DNA of 63,996 nucleotides, filler included, from Gonapodya sp. JEL0774 (GCA_027604505.1; 14 parts of 14 records of this genome joined end to end with filler, not necessarily neighbours in it); one strand, 5' to 3'. Counted from the whole stretch's first letter, positions 35,875 through 49,527 are shown. The notes: generated by a model from the letters alone, not told the origin. Program-made: numbers and translations.

Positions 35875-36879
35875 ATGTTGCCAATAATGTCAGAAGTTTT
35901 CCTGATTATCTCTTCGTGTTCGCGGTTGAACAACAACAGCAACTGGCCAGCGGTGGTGACCTCTCTATGTTCCCTTATAAGTCCCTCCTTCCAATTATGT
36001 TTCCACTCTCATTCGCTGCATCGGCCAGTGCCGTCCGCATTTTCCATCTGCAAGTTGCCCCCGGAAATCCTCCTGGCAATCGGGGAGTACCTTCCGTTCC
36101 GGCTTGGTCTGCCGACCAAATCTCTCAACCGGCAACTAGTCGCCATTTTTCGATCACCTTCCAACATCGCAGCTAGAGCGCTCTCGCACCATGATACTGC
36201 GATCGAATCTCTGTCGCGGGAGGTGGGCAGATCCGAGCCTGCTGCTCAGAAGGTGGTCAGGAGTCTGCTGAAGAGAACTGCGCGTTGGAACCCAGAATTG
36301 ATCAATGCAATGTCACCTAAAACCGGACTATACCCTCTCACGGTAGCGTCAATGAGGGGTAACACACAAATAGCGGCTCTGCTTCTTGAAATGGGCGCAA
36401 ACTCTAACGCTGGGAGGGGACAAGCTCTGTGGAGAGCCGCAGAGGAAGGACATGCAGACGTTGTGACGTTTCTTTTGCAACGTGGCGCTGGCATGGACCT
36501 AGCCAATGACTGGCCTTTGAGGGTCGCTGCGATTTCCGGCCACCAAGAGACAATGCGTGTGCTGTTGGATCGAGGAGCTCATCCTAGTGGCCATGCGCTC
36601 GAATGGGCGTCTTCGAATGGGCGCGTTGATATGGTCAGGATGCTGCTCAGCTATGGGGCAAATCCGAACTATGAGGGGGCGCGACCACTCTGGGCCGCCG
36701 TTCGATCTGGGAAGTTGGATGTAGTGAAGTTGCTGTTGCAAGGCGGCGCGGACGCATGTTCGGAGGACAATGGTGCCCTGGCTGTCGCAGAAACATCTGG
36801 GCGGCTAGAAATAGTGTCGATTATTCAGAGTTATGCAGACTCGATCCCCCTCGACGTCACGAAAAGGCATTGTATCTAG
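35875..36879 (+). CDS. F-box-like plus ankyrin-repeat protein
   Basis: ICKLPPEILLAIGEYL, then about 6 ankyrin repeats (PLTVASMRGNTQIAALLLEMGAN; ALWRAAEEGHADVVTFLLQRGA; PLWAAVRSGKLDVVKLLLQGGAD). Confidence 0.85.
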   Translation: MLPIMSEVFLIISSCSRLNNNSNWPAVVTSLCSLISPSFQLCFHSHSLHRPVPSAFSICKLPPEILLAIGEYLPFRLGLPTKSLNRQLVAIFRSPSNIAARALSHHDTAIESLSREVGRSEPAAQKVVRSLLKRTARWNPELINAMSPKTGLYPLTVASMRGNTQIAALLLEMGANSNAGRGQALWRAAEEGHADVVTFLLQRGAGMDLANDWPLRVAAISGHQETMRVLLDRGAHPSGHALEWASSNGRVDMVRMLLSYGANPNYEGARPLWAAVRSGKLDVVKLLLQGGADACSEDNGALAVAETSGRLEIVSIIQSYADSIPLDVTKRHCI

Positions 36880-36916
36880 AAGAATGTTGACCCAAAATTC
36901 CCTGAAACGTAGTGAT

Positions 36917-36993
36917 TAGGGCATGTGCGCTACCCGTAAATTACGGGTAGAACATTACGGGTGCAATATTTTGTATGACTTACTCGTAAAAAC
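36917..36993 (+). mobile_element. hAT-like transposon terminus at contig end (copy 1)
   Basis: Begins TAGGGCATGTGC (Ac-like TAGGG start); palindromic TACCCGTAA-A-TTACGGGTA; near-identical to 50749-50823. Confidence 0.75.
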
Positions 36994-37093
36994 NNNNNNN
37001 NNNNNNNNNNNNNNNNNNNNNNNNNNNNNNNNNNNNNTTAATTAATTAANNNNNNNNNNNNNNNNNNNNNNNNNNNNNNNNNNNNNNNNNNNN

Positions 37094-39225
37094 CTGCTGC
37101 GTCTCAATGCCAACTGCAATTCGGGCTACTTGTTTACGTCTCGTGCTCCGACCCGTCACGTTGTACCATTCTGGTTCCTTTTGACTTAGTGGCCACGATT
37201 CTACTCTGTTCGAGAGTAAGTTTGCTTTCACGACGTGCTCATCCTCATCACAATGTTTATCATCTCCTTCTATCGCCTTTGATAGCACGGCAGAAGTTCT
37301 TCTTCCTCCCTCCCATTCACCTGCCACATCGCTTTTCTCGTCCATCATACGGACATCACTCTCCCCTTTTCGCTCAAAGAAGATACATCTTGGAATGGAC
37401 GAAGCCGCAGGATTGGGAAGGGGCCGGTACGCTCAGATCTACGGAGATAAAGATCCATTACAGGTGTTTGGAGAGCATGTCAGGGGCGTGGTTGATCTGG
37501 TAGAACAAAGCGGTGGCGAGACGATGATGTGGTCAGACAGTGGGTTCGCCAATCCACGCGAATACCTCATAACAAAGTTGACTAGCTCGTTTTGCACCTG
37601 TATAGTGCTATTTTGCCTGCCCGCAGGATCGACGTCCCTCTCTGGGTACTATGACACACCCTTACCGGCCCCTGCAGCCCCAGCAGTGAACCCACATTCG
37701 CCTGCTCGTTCGACACCACTTTTTGAGGCGCCGCCTTCTGCCGCACGACCCTCTACGCCTGGCGCTGCTGCCATCGCAGGCAGCAATGGCGCACAGCCAC
37801 ATTCCATTTCCCCGCCACCCTCCACTATTCCACTTGCACCGAACGTACCACCGTCATGTCATCTTGTCTACTGGGACTATTATCACACTCACACCCAATC
37901 GTATGCCTCAAAAATCCGTCAACATCGCGCACTTCACCCAACCCATCGCACTCCGTGGTTTGCAGGAGCAGCGTGGACGTGGAGTAGATTTTGGTGTGCA
38001 CAAGGGTTTAGTGAGAGAGTGAGCGCACCAGCGGTAAGAGCGTGTAAAGAAGAAGGGGTGCGAGATGTATTTGTGACTCTCTGGGGAGATGACGGTGGGG
38101 AGTGTGAAATGTAGGTGACCCATTATGATGCCAGTGTCGATTATACGCCTTGCTTCACTGATGAAAATACTCACACTCCTTTAGACTGTCCGCCCTGCCG
38201 ACTCTTGTCTTCTGGTCCCATCACGCGTACAGGTCCACGTCCACGAACTCCCCACCAATCCCTACTTCCCCCATCTCTCCCGAATCCCTCTCTGTCATGC
38301 GGTCTACGTTTGCAGCAGTGTGTGGTGGTGACTGGGACGCTTTTGAGACGGCCGGGGAACTGGATGAGTTGGGCGGACGAGGAAGGGACATTGTGGAAGA
38401 TGGGGCGACACACTTTACAGTGAGCCATTGTTGACCAATCCTCTTGTCGTTTATCAGGTCTGTAACTATTTCTTTGAATTGCAGTCCAACACCAGCAAGT
38501 GGATGCTGTGGATGGATCCAGTGTACGGTTTCTTAGATGCACAAATGGAGGGTTATGACGTCGAAGGATTTTATCACCGAGTGAGCGGTCATCGTTGTCA
38601 GTGATTGATGTACAACATCCACCTTGCTGGTTTCTTTCTCGAACAACTCCTCGAATATGGACGGGATAGATCCACACCACTCTCTCGAAATCCCTCCGCC
38701 TCACTTCGCAGTACCCTCTCAATCGCATCCTCGCACTGCCTCACCAGCTCTCCCTCGTCCTTTCTGTCAAGCCTCTCCTACGCCGTGAACTCGCCCGCGC
38801 CTATTCAGCGGGGGATAGGGAGTCTATGGAAAGAGGGTTAAATAAGGCGAAATGGTGCAAAGAGCAGCTGGAGCGTCTAAAGGAGATTCACATGGGTCTG
38901 GCTGGGGAGAGGAATAAGGTTTTTGGGTCGGAAATTCGTGAGTGTTGTTTGCGTAAATGAGATGTCTATCTGCTAAATTTGTGGCTTGCACTTGTACTGC
39001 TGTCCCTCTGCGCGACCCCTTTTCGCAGTTGAATTCCGCTACGCCTCCCTTATTTCTCGTCTTTCCACTCTCATTTCCCGTGTCTCTACATTCCTTACTG
39101 GCCAGCGTCCCACCATTCCGGAATTCGAAGTGGAACCGCAAGTTGTTTGGCCGGATGCTGGAGTCAATTTGATTCTAGATTACGCGAGGGCCGCTACACC
39201 GAGTCGGGCGATGGGTCAGGGGTGA
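37094..39225 (+). CDS. Glycoside hydrolase family 20 beta-N-acetylhexosaminidase, GcnA/HexD type (5' truncated)
   Basis: HLGMDEAAGLGRGRY (catalytic DE), MMWSD, LVYWDYYH, WFAGAAWTW, VTLWGDDGGE; C-terminal NKVFGSEI|LEFRYASLISRL. Confidence 0.88.
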
Positions 39226-39676
39226 ATATTGTATTAGGCACGGGCCTGTTGAGTTTCTCGATCAGCAGCTACTGCAATCGTGTTTGTACAGATCCATGTG
39301 GGCTCGTTGCGGCGTCTAATATATCAGTTGAAACACTGTACCGTGGACACAATAAGGAATAGAGCAGATGTCTCGATGAGAAGATTCAAACGATCACATC
39401 AGTTTTGCTACGTGGATGCAGTGCATGATTGGATCATGTATCGGCTTGTACCCTATTCTCAAGTGACATGGCAGACCATCATGAGCAGAACTACTGTGCC
39501 CAGTCCGACTCACTATATACGGCCCGGAACTTACACTACTAGTACAAACCCTCAATACAAGGGTATGATGGATGTTACGGCCCACACTACACGTGGAACT
39601 CAAAACCGCTAGGGTTAGTCCTACACATCCCCAACGGATCTTCTCCAACAAGTTCACAAGAAACCAAAGTCCTTCA

Positions 39677-40593
<917 letters not shown>

Positions 40594-40909
40594 TTATGAG
40601 GCCATCGGTGGGCCGATCATGGAAAAAACGAAGGAAAGCGGGCGAGGTGGGTTTGCAGGGCACGAGAGCGATCATGGACTTTCAGAGTGATTCAGGGGAC
40701 GAAAAATGTAGAACTGGACATCATACCATCATTTTCCAAAGGTTTCTTCGATTGTGAAGGACGATTGAGTAAGTCTTTATTAACCGAATGCTGCTTGTTG
40801 TGGGGAAAGGTGCAGCACCTCTTCGCTCCTCAAATTCATATGATCATGGTCGGCCCGGGAATATCGCCCAGCAAGCTTCTCGAAAGACAACTGGAGAAAA
40901 TGATATGTA

Positions 40910-41608
40910 TTAATCAACATCAGAGACCTCTATTTCCTCCAATGTCGAAGCTGGGGGTCTCGATCGCTCATTAGACACCTTTTCCTGCACTCCTCGTTCC
41001 TCCTCCACTCTCGCTTCCACTTCCAGCCAGAACGTACTTTCTCTTCCATACGCAACTTCTACCATCTGCAGCCCCCTCGTGTAAAGCTCCAATGCCTCGC
41101 CAGGTTTCACATTTGCCTCAAGATCCCCTTCACCATCCAAGTACGCCGCTAAACGGGCAGCAACAAGAAGTCGCACGGCACGGGCTGGGTGGTTGTAAGG
41201 AAGAAGGTAAGTGTGAGCCCGAACGAGGTGTCGCGAGTGAATGAAGGCGTTGCGAAAGTGTCGAAGGCCTGGGTGTTGAGGTGGTCCACCACCGGGCGAT
41301 ACCAGCTGTCTGTGCATATCGTCATCCTCACTGTCGGTTGCGTTAGCCATTGTGAGAGCCGCTTCGGCGAGCTGCCTGTGCGCTTCTGCGGAGTCAGAGT
41401 TTCCTACGTGAAGGAAAACATCAGCAAACGTGGAGGTCAGCTGAGACACGGCCTTGGAAGCTGATTCCAGAGCAGTTAGATGGGCAGCTGTGGAGTTAGA
41501 GAGGTAGTGGGCATTCGATTTCTCTAGGAGGGAGACAGCATTGACGAATTTGTTCTGGAGTGATTTCAGGTCAACATCGGCTGGAATTGCTGGTTGTTGA
41601 TGACCTTT
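40910..41608 (-). CDS. Probable SET/MYND (SMYD-like) protein, C-terminal helical region (3' end approximate)
   Basis: LLPYNHPARAVRLL and ALELYTRGLQMVEVAYGRES resemble the SMYD C-terminal TPR-like domain; the SET domain is not in this contig. Confidence 0.45.
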   Translation of the reverse strand, partial: KGHQQPAIPADVDLKSLQNKFVNAVSLLEKSNAHYLSNSTAAHLTALESASKAVSQLTSTFADVFLHVGNSDSAEAHRQLAEAALTMANATDSEDDDMHRQLVSPGGGPPQHPGLRHFRNAFIHSRHLVRAHTYLLPYNHPARAVRLLVAARLAAYLDGEGDLEANVKPGEALELYTRGLQMVEVAYGRESTFWLEVEARVEEERGVQEKVSNERSRPPASTLEEIEVSDVD

Positions 41609-41708
41609 NNNNNNNNNNNNNNNNNNNNNNNNNNNNNNNNNNNNNNNNNNNNTTAATTAATTAANNNNNNNNNNNNNNNNNNNNNNNNNNNNNNNNNNNN
41701 NNNNNNNN

Positions 41709-43592
41709 GTTCTCACTCTCGATTATGTGTCACTGCAGCCGTCGCGGTCCACACCGTGGGGCTGGTGAGGAGGAGTCTCGGTTAGCCTCGCATTCGGAGC
41801 AACCGTTCAAAGCTTCCCAAATTCCACAACCTCACAGCTCGCACTGATGATTATCCTTCTAGTAATGACGCCATCAAAACAGGTTAGTGTTTTTGTTCTC
41901 GTTTTGTGTGGGGATAGAATCCGAGCAGATCGTCACCTACCCATGACACCAGACGGCCACCTTTGTATTCACCGAGGTCAGCGACTTTTACTCTGGCCAA
42001 GATAGCCAAGGATTTGCAATCTTGTTGTCATTCTTGATGCCTTGCTGGACCTTTGTTGGTGTGTACACTTTTTCGAGTTGCCTCTCGAGATATTTCCAGA
42101 ACCAACCGTCCACCATGTTGATCGAAAAACGAAGGCTATGACGCGTCTGCCCACATTTCCGAGGAAACGAAGGAAGCGTACAGGCAAGCCCCGAAGGGTA
42201 TTGTTCTCGCCATCATTGCAAGTGGTATTGGTGGGCTTGGGATGATCTTGGGTGAGAATCGTGTTACGAGCGCCATGGGTCCAATATTCGATAGTCAGTT
42301 TCCAACGCATGCACTTATTCCTCACAAAACAGCGCTACTTTTCAGCATTGTTGATGAGACGGCAGTTCTGACGTCTTCGTACCCTGCAACACTCATGCAA
42401 CTCTTCCTCGGTACGGCCGCATAGACCTCAGCACCGTGCTAACTCGTTCCCAGTTTCATTGTGGTCGCCATTCTTTCCATAGACTCAACGAACAACAACC
42501 AACCTGTCGCTTGTCTTCTCATGACCATCGTTATCGCAGGGAACTTCTGTGCGGGTGTGGGCACCATTACTGCGTGAGTGTGCCTCCTTTAACGCTCATA
42601 AACAATGATGCGTGCTGCAGCTGACGGTTGTAATCGCTGCTCATACAGAAACTCTCGGATGAGTAAGTTTCTCTCTTGCGACGTTAATGCATTGCTCCGC
42701 AACCTCCTGACATTCCCAACTTCCTGACATGTGTCTCTCAGTCTACGCCTTCTCCCGTGATCGCGCTTTCGGCTTGCCCCTCTCCCGATTCCTTTACTGG
42801 ACAAGTCCGACGTCTCGTCTTCCTATCCGGACGATTTGGTTCAGCTCTATTCGTAAGTGGAACACCAGGCACTGACGGTTTCTTGAATAGTGATGCGATT
42901 TTTTATCTCTTCACTATTCAGTCGCCAACATCATTCAGTCTATTGCGTTTGGTAATAGCACCGCCCTCGCTAGTGCAGCTTCCATCTCAACGATTGGACT
43001 CATGACCGCCGTAAGTTGCTGGTGTCCTCTCGATTGTCCATAGATATCCCATGTGCAAGACTCATCTCCTGCTCTTTTTGATCTCTGATGCACAGTACGT
43101 ACTCCCGATTTTCTGCCGCCTGACCTTTGCACGCAAGATTTTCAAAAAGGGCGAGTTCAACCTTGGGCCGTTCTCGGAACTCATTGGATGGATCGCTGTC
43201 GTATGGGGTGCATTCTTATTCGTGTTGCTGTGTCTGCCTTAGTGAGTGGCTGGCGTATTTTCTATGGTTGGCAAACTCTGACGACAAGTATCTATTTCAA
43301 CAAAACTAGTTCGTATCCCGTGACAGCCAGCAATTTCAATTACGCTTCTGTGACGATTGGTAGCGTAACTTTGTTCACTGTAAGTGGCAGTCGTCATCAG
43401 GATTCGCAACTCGCGATTGGTTCACCAAGTCATCTACGTGTGGTCGGTTTTCGCTGGCGCATGTACCATCAGGGCATTGCTTGGGTCGCCTCTGCTCACA
43501 AGTGGTTCCGCGGGCCTGTTCCTCGAGTGTCAGAGGATGAAGTACATGCAATGGAAACTTCGTTTGGCTCTGATAAGTATGGTTACTTGTAA
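41709..43592 (+). CDS. APC-superfamily amino-acid/GABA permease (ACT family), 5' truncated, many introns
   Basis: FLMPCWTFVG|YDASAHISEETKEA...PKGIV; ANSRM|.YAFSRD; KKGEFNLG; YPVTASNFNYASV; AHKWFRGP. Confidence 0.9.
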
Positions 43593-43994
43593 CGACATAC
43601 CCCATGGTATTTATGGATTGGGAGAGGTGTGGCACTCTGAGAAAATGCCTTCTTGCTAACACTGTCAATTCGCACTGAAAGTTACGCGTTAATGTAATAG
43701 TAGTCTCTTGAGTTACTGTGAAGTGTCGCGCCAGTCTGAAGTCTAGTTGTTTCACAAAGCTAAATGATATTGTTCTTAGTTGAGCTTGTAGACTTGGCAT
43801 AACTGACTGATGACAAGTGTAACGATCACTTCAAGTTGCAGTCCCTCCGTTTCGTGGAGGAAAGTGAAGTTTTACTGCGTGCAAGATGGACTCGATCGGC
43901 CTTTTTACATTGAAGTGAAATTGTCTTTCAAACTTCTGAAAACCCTTGGTGGACCGAATGAGCAGATCGCCATCTCATTGATCTGCGATTCAGC

Positions 43995-46093
43995 ATGGAG
44001 CTTTCGTCTCCACCCGCGGCTGTGTTGCTGCCCCACGTTTCGACCTCCCACGCTCGGCTCCTTCCGATCGCCGCTCGCACCCGGTTTGAGTACCCACTTT
44101 TCTACGTCGCAGTCGATGTAAAACGACTTGAAAGAACTCAGGAAAGCGTTTCTCCCTGGGTATGGGGTTTGGATTGGACAGGATCTGTTCCTCCACTGTT
44201 TGGGTTGCAGACAAACGAATATCTCAAGGTCAGTCATAAAGGTGAACAGAGAAGCTCTCTCTATGACACACTGGCAAAGAGACTCGACTACTGGCTGGAG
44301 CAAGCAGTGAGTATATCATTGAACGTGCCGTGCAACCATCAAGAATTCGGTGACATCTGCAGCATTTGATTTCTCAGGGAATCGATCCTTCTCAGGCGGG
44401 TCCATCATATCTCCTGACTATGCCCAGCGTTCTGGGCTACGCATTCAGACCTCTGTCTGTTCATTACATCCTCAGAGCAGCGGGAGTTCCTCCTCCGATA
44501 AGCGAGTATGGGGAAGATAGCGGACTTCTCTGTGTCATCCTGGAGGTCGCCAACACATTTGGAGATTCGCACATTTATATTTTAGACGAGAGGAACAGAA
44601 TAAAGACTCGAGTAGGGTGAGTTGTGTTTCTCGGAGCGCTTCATCGGATGGGAAAGCTGTTCACCAACTGGAATATCGGTTCTCCCGCAAGATTTTCCGC
44701 ATCGCACTCGGTTCACCGCTCTTTTCACGTCTCGCCATTCAATCATCGTCGAGGTTTTTACGTAGTGCACCTCACCAATCCTTTCGTTCAAAACATATCT
44801 CCAAAATTAACTTCGCGACCTCCCCAACTCAACATATCCATCACATTTCATGACTCTCCCACTTCAGATTCCGATGAGATCCCACAGAATGCCTATCCGG
44901 CTACGCCCAAAGTCTTCCACGCCTCACTTACAAGTGACTCTAGTTACCCGCCGTTCGTCCCTCTTACCAGTCGAAGCCTGCTCCAGCTGTTCGCATCGAT
45001 GCCCCTGACTGCGTTTCTTACCTACCCTCGAATTGTGTATCAAGCCGCACTGGTTCACTACGGGTTTACCGGTGGCCGCGGAAAACTTCCCGTGTACACG
45101 AGGCCGCGGCCGCTACCGCGCTGGGCAGATGTCAATGGCAAGCTCGAAATCGTCGCAAACGCCGACGCTTTGGAGGGTCCAAAGAGTGTGGATGGCAGCT
45201 GGGTGGATGTGGGCAAGCCCCTGGATCAATTCAGCTCGCAGACAATCGACAAGTCATCAAAGAAGGCACGGGAAGGCCTCACGATTGTATCCGACTCTTC
45301 GGCTGGTGGATGGTATGGCCGGTGAGCTCTAAACATTCAGTTTGAAACCTTTTTGCTGAATAACCTAACCTACAATGCATTATTCAATAAACCCTGATCC
45401 TGAATCAGACACATTCTCCCACAATTTCTTTCCCATCTGCGCTCGCTCTCCACCTCCCGTCAACTTTCTCTTCTCGTTACATTCGGGGATCCCACTCTTC
45501 CTACCTTCTCCAGTGATGTCGAACCCAACGACTCAGACTGTGCTTCTTCCTCAACCTCCCTTTCTGCATTAGTCCACATTCACCTTCCACATCTCCTTCT
45601 ACCGGCCTATCTTGGCCTGCTCTCCCACGACTCAGCTTCTACCACCACTGTATGGCAAGCAGGGTACGTCGCGGGTTGGTGGGACGGGGTACCAGCGGAA
45701 ATCGTGAGGCTTCTGGAGGAACCGCCTCACATGAACAATGAGACAAAACATATCAATGGGGTTGGAGCGGCTCTGCGAAAGTTCAACGCGTCCTCCATTC
45801 CTATCTCTTCCACCGTGGAATCCTCAACAACACCACCAACAGCGCCTCTACCCATATCTTCATCCACGTATGATACTCTTTTTCTCTCGTTAGCAACTTT
45901 GGAGCACCACATATCAACATGGCTCGTTAGTGTCATAGCGGTGTTTGTGGAGGGTGGGAACCCTGGTGTGGTGGAGGTGACGGAACGGATTCGGATTTAC
46001 GAAGACGGGCAAAGGAGCAGTTGCGGTAATGATGAAGAATGGATGAGATGGCAGTCATGGGACAAGGAGGTGAGAAGAGGTGGGGGCCGGTAA
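43995..46093 (+). CDS. DUF1365 family protein with C-terminal extension
   Basis: TSHARLLP..FEYPLFY; YLLTMPSVLGYAFRPLSVHY; ILEVANTFGDSHIY; RSFHVSPFN; PRIVYQAALVH. Confidence 0.85.
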
Positions 46094-46361
46094 CCCAAAT
46101 TCGTTCGGTCGACGTGGATGCCGCAATTGATTTAAGACAAGGCGAAGAGCAGTGCTTCATCTGTCACCTGCGCTCCATAGAGTCGCACATTTAGAGTATC
46201 TAGGCAAACCGTTTCCGAANNNNNNNNNNNNNNNNNNNNNNNNNNNNNNNNNNNNNNNNNNNNTTAATTAATTAANNNNNNNNNNNNNNNNNNNNNNNNN
46301 NNNNNNNNNNNNNNNNNNNCCCCCCGCCCCCCCTCGCCGCATAATTTGTGCCGTTCATGTA

Positions 46362-47152
46362 GGGCATCGTATGCATCAGCGCCAACATGATCGGATGCTG
46401 CTTGACAAGCTACCACGACCACGTGTCACTCGGAGTGAGTACTTGATGCCGGTGTTGGCCCCGCGAAGGGCCGCGTTGCAAATGCACATTAATCCCGACC
46501 TCACAACTCATCACTACCGCCACACTCCCGCACGCCACTCTTCACGCACTCCACATCGTCACACACAGGTCATGCTCCAGCTCAATCCTCATGCATCGAA
46601 CGAGCAGTTGTATGCGCCTGGAGATGCTCAGCGTATCATTGATCTGTTCGAGGTAAGTCATACAGAGATTGGGTGGGTCGCACGGTCACTCCAACAGCCA
46701 TCCATACCATTACCGCCACTCCCCTCACATCCCAACCCCCGTCCTTAGACAGAAATCACGACGCTCATTAAATCGTCCAAGGACGGACTCTCCCGCCGGC
46801 CATCGCTAGTGGTGTACCTTTCCTCCAAGACTGTCAACGACGACGAGGGTGGGTGGACCTGCGTGCCTTGTCCGGCTTTCCCCTCTTCTCGTGTCCAGTA
46901 CACATTTCTAAGAGACGTTCTCCTTTTATTTCGGGTGCCACTGCTCACCGCATGCTCATGTACTCACACCGGCACATCCACCGTAATCACACAAACACAC
47001 ACACGCGTCTTCCAACTCCAGGTATCGGCCGCGACGAAGAGGACCTAGAAGACGAGTTCCGTCGTGAAGAGCGGTCTATCCCGCCGGAACGTGTCGTGGA
47101 GTTGATAGAAGCCGGGGTGATCCGCAATATGGTGCCAATAACGGCTGGGTAG
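46362..47152 (+). CDS. 3' exons, possibly a WS/DGAT (wax ester synthase) C-terminal domain
   Basis: GIVCISANMIGCCLTSYHDHVSLG|VMLQL...PGDAQRIIDLFE|TEITTL resembles the SY...V.G...D....D.F..E end of WS/DGAT. Confidence 0.4.
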
Positions 47153-48522
47153 AGGGGTCTGCTGGGGGGGCATGCGCGAGTGTCATGGGTGCGGGCTCCG
47201 TGGGGTAGAGCGTGTTTGCAAAATTGGGTACAGGATGAAATCACAATAATGCTCTTTTTTTGATTGATGGAGTAAACACGACAGGAACATGAACCACGAT
47301 GTCACGACAGTATGTTGAGTCAAGACGCCGAAATCAAGCATAATGAATCTACCTCGCCCCCTGCTTCCTGCAACACCCCCTACCCATCCCCTAACACCCC
47401 CACGACACCCCGTCCACCCGCCATCTCCAGCCCCGCACGAACCCCATCCCACATGACCTGGGCCATACTTCGTCGAAGCGTGAATGTGGCCGAGAAGGCG
47501 TCGGGATGGGAAGCGAGCGGGGCGTGGATGCCGCCGGAGGGGTAGGAGGCGTGCGTGTTGTGGTATGGGGAGACGGGGGGGTGCGGGAAGTACGCCGGGT
47601 GGTGGGCGGCTTGGTCTCGGGACCGGTGGGGGTGAGCAGGCGGGATTGGATCGTCACCGCCGCCCACGGCGCCCCCGAGTCCCGCGTGGGGGTGTCCCGC
47701 GTCCGGAAAGGGTGCCGGTACTCGCAGGTCCGAGGTACCGGTGCTTGTGCCCGCACCCTCCACTCCGCGCAGGACGCGCTTCCTCCCAGCCTCGTGGCCA
47801 TCTCCGTGTGCTTCTCCCTCTCTGTCCCTACGGGAGTACCCAAGCAACCATCCTACCCACTCGGCCCACCCCCCGTCTTCGTCCCCATGCCCCGCATCGT
47901 CCCCGCCCTCGTCTCCCACCTCATCTATTCCCCCTTCAGGCTCCGTTCCGTAAATGACCGTACGGTGTATTACGCGGTTGCGGCGGCGAACGGTCACGGT
48001 CACTGGGGGTATGGGAAGGGGGGTGGAGCTAGGTGGGGTGGGATGGTGGTCGGATGGCGCATTTAGGGAGCGGGAGACATGCGATTTCGGGTGGAGGTGG
48101 AAGCAAATGGACGTATGTTCGGTCCAAGTTCCATTTCGTTGTGTGCGCTGTTCTTCATATCTATATCGCTGTTTCCTTGTTGCATGTTTCTTGATTCGTT
48201 CTTCGTGTCTGGTGCTCCCTCTTTGTCTTCCTTTCTTCAAAACTCCGTGCTCCTCTCTTGGATCTTCATTGCGCTTGTGCGGGTGCGCCCCTTTATTCTC
48301 TCAGCGTGGTCCGTGGCTCTTGTTGTGTGCTGTCCAATCTCCTGTATCCGAGGGCCGTGCCCGCGTAGAAGACAACACAGCTCATACTGGAACCCCAACC
48401 CACTTCAGTTGAATACTCCGTTGTTAAAAATGCGCTGAGTCCACAATCATGTAGCACGGGATCGACGGATTCAATAGTCTCCCCATTGGATGTGGCTTCG
48501 TTCGTTCAGTGTGCATCCCGGT

Positions 48523-49234
48523 TCAGTATGCGTTCCCGCCGGTCGTGTCCTCCAGACTGATAAACAACTCGGCAAAAGACTGCAGCAATGAAAACCCCGT
48601 TCCCCATCCGGTGTCAGCTCCCCCACAGCATTTCTCCACCTCCCACATCCCACCCCGCAGCCCACCAACCCCAAACCCACCCTTGAAAGATTTGAATCCG
48701 TGTAAGGCCCTGGCGACCATCCTGAGGAAAGGCAAGTTTGAGCCGCTTTTCGCCGTCGGGGTTGTCGGCGCCGTAGTCGACGGTGGAGGACGTTGGCGTG
48801 TGGAGCATATGAAGAAGGGGGAGCAAACGGGGTTCTTGAGGTTGTTGTGGTTGTTGCGGGTGGTGGGGAAGTTGAGGGGAGGAGGGAATGATGCGAGAGA
48901 GGGAGATGTCGAGGGCTGCCGCAGTGTGGATGGGAAGAGTGCGGGTGAGCAGAGCACAGAAAATCCCTTCATCCACCGGCTCTGATGACCCCGCACTCCC
49001 CCAGCTGTGTGTCTCCCGAGTATCCACGCAGCCGCGACCTGACCAACACGACTGCAATCCAATCAGAAGGAACAACGCACCATCAGGTCGATTTCTGTAC
49101 GGCTTGACGGACAGCTCAAGATCGAGAGCGAGCTTGACTGAGAAGGAAGGAGCGGTTGAGATGGGGGCCGATGCGACTTCGAGAATGAGCAGAAGAAGGA
49201 GCTGCAGACACAACAACGAGAGGAGCGGCCGCAT
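48523..49234 (-). CDS. Hypothetical secreted protein (exon structure uncertain)
   Basis: Signal-like MRPLLSLLCLQLLLLLILEVASAP; GT-AG introns can join it to SFAELFISLEDTTGGNAY*. Confidence 0.35.
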
Positions 49235-49527
49235 TGATTCGATGGCCTTTTCTAAGTATTCAATGGAGCGATCCCGACCTTTGAGCTCGCCAATTTCGAC
49301 CTGTTCGCGCTCACGATCGCGCCTGGATCCGCGAAGGGAGCAGCGAAGCCCGAAGGCGCCAGGCGGATCCCAAGAGCTCAATTGCTCATTTATCGCGTGA
49401 ATGCGTCAACTTAAATATTCAGGGGGTTTGCGATTTCATAACGGGCGAAATTTGTGTTATGACAAAGCTCAGTTTGATTGCAGCTGATCCGGTCTGTGAA
49501 CCGTGAAACTTCTCCCACTCTTTCGAT

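Noticed and set aside
47380..48438. Long overlapping ORFs on both strands
   Set aside because: GC-rich with no recognisable domain; I could not determine the coding strand or exon structure.
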